Part shown: piece by piece, positions 28,501-32,000 of the stretch | Position numbering within the stretch: position 1 is the first letter of the stretch | Layout of the letters: the number at the start of each line of letters is the position of its first letter | DNA from: Desulfotalea psychrophila LSv54 | Lineage (GTDB): Bacteria; Desulfobacterota; Desulfobulbia; Desulfobulbales; Desulfocapsaceae | Assembly (NCBI RefSeq): GCF_000025945.1 | Contig: NC_006138.1 | Location: forward strand, 1,590,001-1,622,000 | Reading direction: 5' to 3' | DNA: 32,000 nt | Translations under genes and position numbers: made by a program | Notes under the pieces: model-generated | What the model was told of the DNA's origin: nothing | Database searches by the model: none | The model's input: the letters and a program-made list of their open reading frames with translations, nothing else

Positions 28501-29045
28501 TCCGTGGTCAAATCCTCTTTACCGGTGGTTCGGTAACCAATCCCGGGGTGGATGTCCGGGCCCAGAAGGAGGTGTTTTTGCAAAAGGGCATTCGAGGCAG
28601 GTATATCCTGGGTATTGATATAACCGGCTCTGCCTCTGATCTCAGATATACTCTTTTTTCAAGCCCCTATATGGCCCAGGCTGATATTCTCTCCTATCTT
28701 CTGATGGGGCAGTCTCTTTTTTCCATCAGTGACAGCGAGGGTAATATCTTGGCCGATGCGGCGACAAAATTTGGCTGGAGTGATGGGGCCAATCTTATTC
28801 GTAGTATCGCTTCGGCACTTCCCATTGACACTGTTCATATGGAGACGGATTTTGAGGATTCCGATGTCTCTCTGGTTTTGGGGAAGAATCTGACCGATAC
28901 CCTCTATCTAGGCTATGATTACAATATTCTTGATCAGGTGGGTGAGGTGCATCTGCGCTATGACCTGGAAAATGGATTTTTTATTGATACCAAGGGGTCG
29001 TCCGAGGCAACGGGCGCCGATATACTGTATATTTTTGAAAGGTAA
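25533..29045 (+). CDS. tamB: TamB/DUF490-family translocation and assembly module protein
   Basis: About 1170 aa, N-terminal TM anchor, long repetitive beta-rich body, C-terminal PYMAQADILSYLLMGQSL...DTVHMETDFEDSDVSLVLGKNLTDTLYLGYDYNILDQVGEVHLRYDLENGFFI typical of TamB. Start overlaps the tamA stop (TGATG). Confidence 0.9.
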   Translation: MMKKILLTLLTLFFCLQASLAVLFYSEVGTRLVQQLLEKYPNEAISITSIEGRLGSDLTIRDLLVKTPLLDISADVLHLALNPAGVILGHLSVSELKIKELKFFFKVGDDPEPEVVSDEPFILSLPEQLVPFVGIYLKNLQIDGIGFYAPDGERVEYLDRALLSADVDGKRVTIRNLQVEDEAYAVKLSGSARTGKVWLADISGDWRFSNWDGGELLGTLAAKGPLPDMDVKVVLLAPTRVDIVGKMTKLPGNPYFEVTGKGVKTALPLIHPSCPDIRLDAQVKAWGNINDYYGVLKSKGEYWKFKGISGELALHGNFDNIHFKDVLFKHEKTVVGIEGCYLDWENAFMVGGLLNIRGFNPGVIDERFSGSLDGVIDGKLTYDDALSAWYNLQNVRGTLRGYPLTAGVKLRFTGDSLDLDKVFLSSGSSYLDYQGHFKEKMDMSLRLRSLTLATLLPFASGLVDADLSLAGDYATPLLRGTFSGKDLRFWDYYIGAMDGRVVDASAQGRALQLKVEARELHGYGVDAEIGSVNMVGTPEKHKGTLTLGQGADSLKIRFAGGLKDAAWQLGFSRFSLSHRYLGNWHLAGKPSFLLSSQEIALQGLDLVSQGAKFHLEGGADFSGEENPYSFSAGLKDYPLSLLNDKDIVDPLLSGKVSGELSLAGDGEKITSARVAGHLGDFRFALPSLSGKEKQYSKVGADLSADFDGKALVAKFAARINEGLVQLDLGADWNGNLQANLGSIGLSGKGTIRALSLEPLGILTGYLLESEGDIEGDLALSGTLGKPILHSKLDLVSGNILLPSQGVELKDVTLLIENLEDRGLTLEANLSSGAGRAQATGTLLWQNDFDLAGEIQIKGKDVLVLDMPEYLVVLSPDIDLKFDGKRMDISGKIAIPKARIMPNNLSSAVSQSDDVVFLDLKTGAVDRAYKLQTGLEIEFGEDVRFEQSGLVGKLAGTIFIRDESSKPMTATGKLNLVDGKFAAYGRTLDIVRGQILFTGGSVTNPGVDVRAQKEVFLQKGIRGRYILGIDITGSASDLRYTLFSSPYMAQADILSYLLMGQSLFSISDSEGNILADAATKFGWSDGANLIRSIASALPIDTVHMETDFEDSDVSLVLGKNLTDTLYLGYDYNILDQVGEVHLRYDLENGFFIDTKGSSEATGADILYIFER

Positions 29046-29064
29046 TTTGTAAGAGAGGGTGAAA

Positions 29065-30423
29065 ATGGATCTTGCTGGGCCAATGGTTTTAATTGTCGAT
29101 GATGATCAGGTGCATCGTTATATGCTCTCCTCCATGCTTGAGGAGTGGGGCTATCTTTCGGCTCAGGCAGATGATGGCGAAACGGCTGTTGCGGCGGTGA
29201 AAAAGCGGAAGTACGATGCGGTACTGATGGACGTGCGGATGGCCAGGATGGATGGATATCGGGCCTTCTCTATTATTCACGGCCTGGAGCCTGCCCTGCC
29301 CGTTATTATTATGACGGCCTACTCCTCCGTTGATCAGGCCGTGGCTGCCATTAAGGAGGGGGCCCACGATTATCTGACTAAGCCCCTTGACTTTGATCGT
29401 CTCCACATTGCCCTGAGGCGGGCCTTTGATCGGGGTCAGGTGAGTCATAGCCGAGAAAAGCAGGGGGAGGGGGGGCAAAAGTCTGGGCTGAAGACAGATA
29501 TTATTGCTTCTTCGGAGTCCATGGCTGAGCTTTTGGAGATGGTATCCTATGTGGCACCAACCGAGGCAACGGTGCTTATTCAGGGAGAATCGGGGACGGG
29601 CAAGGAGCTCGTGGCCGAAACCTTGCATTTTAACAGCCTGAGGGCTTCGGGCCCCTTTATTCGAGTAAACTGTGCGGCCCTTGCCGAAAATCTTTTGGAA
29701 TCCGAGCTCTTTGGCCACGAGAGAGGGGCCTTTACCGGTGCCGACAGGAGACGGGAGGGACGTTTTGTCCAGGCCGATGGTGGAACCCTCTTCCTCGATG
29801 AAATTGGTGAGACCTCCCAGGCTATGCAGGTAAAACTTCTCCGTGTCCTTCAGGAACAGGAATTTCAACGGGTGGGTGGCGAAGAGACCCTTCAGGTTGA
29901 TGTTCGCATCATTGCTGCCACCAATCGAAACCTGGAGGAGGAGGTGGCGGCGGGCAGGTTCCGTGAAGATCTCTACTATCGTCTCAACGTGGTGATGTTG
30001 GCTGTGCCGCCTCTGCGTGATCGACTTGGCGATGTGCCTCTGCTGGCCCGATACTTTGCCGAGAAGTTTGCTGGCAAAAATGGCAGGACCCTTAATGCCA
30101 TCACCCCCCTCTGTCTGGAGGTTTTACAGGTCTACCGCTGGCCGGGTAATGTCCGGGAGTTGGAGAATGCCATTGAGCGGGGAATTATCATGATGCGTGG
30201 CGATCAGCTCACCGAACAGACCCTGCCCCTCTCCCTGCAAAAACAGAAGGAGCAGACCCAGCATGCCAGAATGAGGGGCCGCTCACTCTTTGAGGCAGAG
30301 AAAATACTCATCGAGCAGACAATGCAGGAGACCGAGGGCAATAAGAGTGAGGCGTCCAGAAGGCTTGGCATCACCCGTAAGACCCTGCAGAACAAACTCA
30401 ATAAGTATTTGGCATCTCAGTAG
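29065..30423 (+). CDS. Sigma-54-dependent NtrC-family response regulator
   Basis: Receiver MVLIVDDDQVHR...YDAVLMDVRMARMDG; AAA+ GESGTGKELVAETLH, ELFGHERGAFTGADR; Fis-type HTH EGNKSEASRRLGITRKTLQNKLNKY. Confidence 0.95.
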   Translation: MDLAGPMVLIVDDDQVHRYMLSSMLEEWGYLSAQADDGETAVAAVKKRKYDAVLMDVRMARMDGYRAFSIIHGLEPALPVIIMTAYSSVDQAVAAIKEGAHDYLTKPLDFDRLHIALRRAFDRGQVSHSREKQGEGGQKSGLKTDIIASSESMAELLEMVSYVAPTEATVLIQGESGTGKELVAETLHFNSLRASGPFIRVNCAALAENLLESELFGHERGAFTGADRRREGRFVQADGGTLFLDEIGETSQAMQVKLLRVLQEQEFQRVGGEETLQVDVRIIAATNRNLEEEVAAGRFREDLYYRLNVVMLAVPPLRDRLGDVPLLARYFAEKFAGKNGRTLNAITPLCLEVLQVYRWPGNVRELENAIERGIIMMRGDQLTEQTLPLSLQKQKEQTQHARMRGRSLFEAEKILIEQTMQETEGNKSEASRRLGITRKTLQNKLNKYLASQ

Positions 30424-30494
30424 GCAGGGCAGGGGCCGGTGAGCTATGGGTTCTAGCCAGCTTGCCTTTAAGGAAAAAACAGTGGGGGGAAGAT

Positions 30495-31799
30495 ATGAGA
30501 ACTGATATTGTTCACATAGGTGCGGGTGAGCTCACCTATGAAATTAGAAATATTGTGGAGGTTGGTCAGCGTCTGCAACGACTTGGGGTGGAGGTCAATT
30601 GGGAAAATATCGGTGATCCCATCGCCAAGGGAGAGGAGGTTCCGTCCTGGATGAAGGCTCTTGTGGCCGAGGCCGTGCAGGATGATGCCAGCTATGGCTA
30701 CTCTCCCACCAAGGGTGTGCTGGCAACCCGTCGGTTTATCGCCGCAGAGACCAATAAGAAGGGTGCTGTTCAGATTAGCGCCGAGGATATTATCTTTTTT
30801 AATGGACTTGGTGATGCGATTTCAAAGATATTTGGTTTTCTCAAGCGCACTGCCCGGGTGCTGGTGCCGACCCCGAGCTATACCACTCACTCTTCGGCCG
30901 AGGCCGCCCATTCCGGTGATAAACCTCTGACCTATAAGCTTGACCCTCATAATGACTGGTATCCCGACATTGCCGATATAGAGCGGCGGGTGAAGTATAA
31001 TCCCATGGTGGCCGGAATTCTGATCATCAACCCCGATAATCCCACTGGTGCTGTTTATCCGGTGGAGATCCTTAGGGCCATTGTTGATATTGCCCGTCGC
31101 TATGACCTGTTTCTGATCTGTGACGAGGTCTATCAAAACATCATCTATAACGGTAAAAAAACGGCAAGCCTTGCCGAGGTTATCGGCGAGGTGCCCGGCT
31201 TTGCCATGCGCGGTGCCTCAAAGGAGATGCCCTGGCCGGGTGCCCGCTGTGGCTGGATAGAGGTCTATAATGCCGATCGCGATCCCATGTTTCAGCGCTA
31301 TATCGATTCGATCTTCAACGCCAAGATGCTTGAGGTCTGCTCGACCACCCTGCCCCAGATTGTCTACCCCAGGGTGGTAACCCATGCCGAATACCCTGGC
31401 TATCTGCAGAGTCGGATAGCGCGTTATCAGAGATTTTCCAAAATTGCCTACGATTGCTTAAAAGATATCGAAGGTATCCTGGTCAATCAGGCAAATGGCG
31501 CATTTTATATGAGTGTCTGTTTTGAGGACGGTGTTCTTAACAGCGGCCAGAGCCTGGCTATTGCCAGAGATGAGGTCCGGACCATGGTCGAAGATCTGGT
31601 CTTCTCTGCCGATACTGCCCTTGATAAGAGGTTTGTCTACTATCTGTTGGGCGCCACCGGTGTCTGTGTGGTCCCTCTGACCTCCTTTGCCTCGGATATC
31701 AACGGCTTTCGAGTGACCCTGCTTGAACGCGACGAGGCCGAGTTCATCCGTATTTTTACGGTCATAGCCGCCGCAATCAGAACCTATTTAAAAAGTTAG
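30495..31799 (+). CDS. Pyridoxal-phosphate-dependent class I/II aminotransferase
   Basis: YSPTKGVLATRRFIAAE, VPTPSYTTHSS, INPDNPTGAVYPVEILRAIVDIARRYDLFLICDEVYQNIIY, PGARCGWIEVYN. Confidence 0.92.
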   Translation: MRTDIVHIGAGELTYEIRNIVEVGQRLQRLGVEVNWENIGDPIAKGEEVPSWMKALVAEAVQDDASYGYSPTKGVLATRRFIAAETNKKGAVQISAEDIIFFNGLGDAISKIFGFLKRTARVLVPTPSYTTHSSAEAAHSGDKPLTYKLDPHNDWYPDIADIERRVKYNPMVAGILIINPDNPTGAVYPVEILRAIVDIARRYDLFLICDEVYQNIIYNGKKTASLAEVIGEVPGFAMRGASKEMPWPGARCGWIEVYNADRDPMFQRYIDSIFNAKMLEVCSTTLPQIVYPRVVTHAEYPGYLQSRIARYQRFSKIAYDCLKDIEGILVNQANGAFYMSVCFEDGVLNSGQSLAIARDEVRTMVEDLVFSADTALDKRFVYYLLGATGVCVVPLTSFASDINGFRVTLLERDEAEFIRIFTVIAAAIRTYLKS

Positions 31800-32000
31800 A
31801 TGTTGGAGGGTGGATGGATAGGCAAAGGTTAAGCTGTGCGCAGAGTTTTGCCAGGAGCTACTCCTCACCTTGGCGAGGGGAGGATGGGTGGGGTGCGTGG
31901 CTTTTTCTTGATGTTGTTTTCTTTCAGCTCTTTTGCCTAAAACTTCCCCTCAAAGAGGTGGAGGTGACGTAGTACAGCATAATATTTAAAATTTCGGGTT

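Noticed and set aside
26000-28600. Possible tandem-repeat or hypervariable region inside tamB
   Set aside because: The repetitive texture is at the protein level (beta-helical periodicity). I saw no exact DNA tandem repeats.
1-32000. CRISPR, toxin-antitoxin, restriction-modification, retron, prophage or transposase genes
   Set aside because: No repeat-spacer array and no ORF with matching hallmarks was seen on either strand. Nearly all coding space is explained by recognised families.

Overview
This window is mostly housekeeping and metabolic genes from a Gram-negative bacterium. The gene content and order suggest a deltaproteobacterial/Desulfobulbales-like organism; that is inference, with no database check. 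On the minus strand, from right to left, it carries ald, 4.5S SRP RNA, dnaX (apparently frameshifted), a ybaB-like gene, tRNA-Val(GAC), and the thrS-infC-rpmI-rplT-pheS translation operon, in which infC appears to use an ATT start. On the plus strand it carries an aapJQMP-type amino-acid ABC transporter operon (aapQ has an apparent C-terminal frameshift) followed directly by an MmgE/PrpD-family gene, then tadA, tRNA-Ser(GGA), a receiver-like/cNMP-binding/rhodanese regulator, and an SLC13-type permease. pepF and a TrmA/RumA-type methyltransferase follow on the minus strand, bounded by two inverted copies of a ~57-bp palindromic intergenic repeat. The window ends with a tamA/tamB pair, a sigma-54 response regulator and a PLP aminotransferase. 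I found no CRISPR array, prophage, transposase or recognisable defence system. The best leads are the paired palindromic repeat, the degenerate-receiver/cNMP/rhodanese protein next to the SLC13 permease, the two frameshifts, and the hairpins near the SRP RNA and rplT/pheS.
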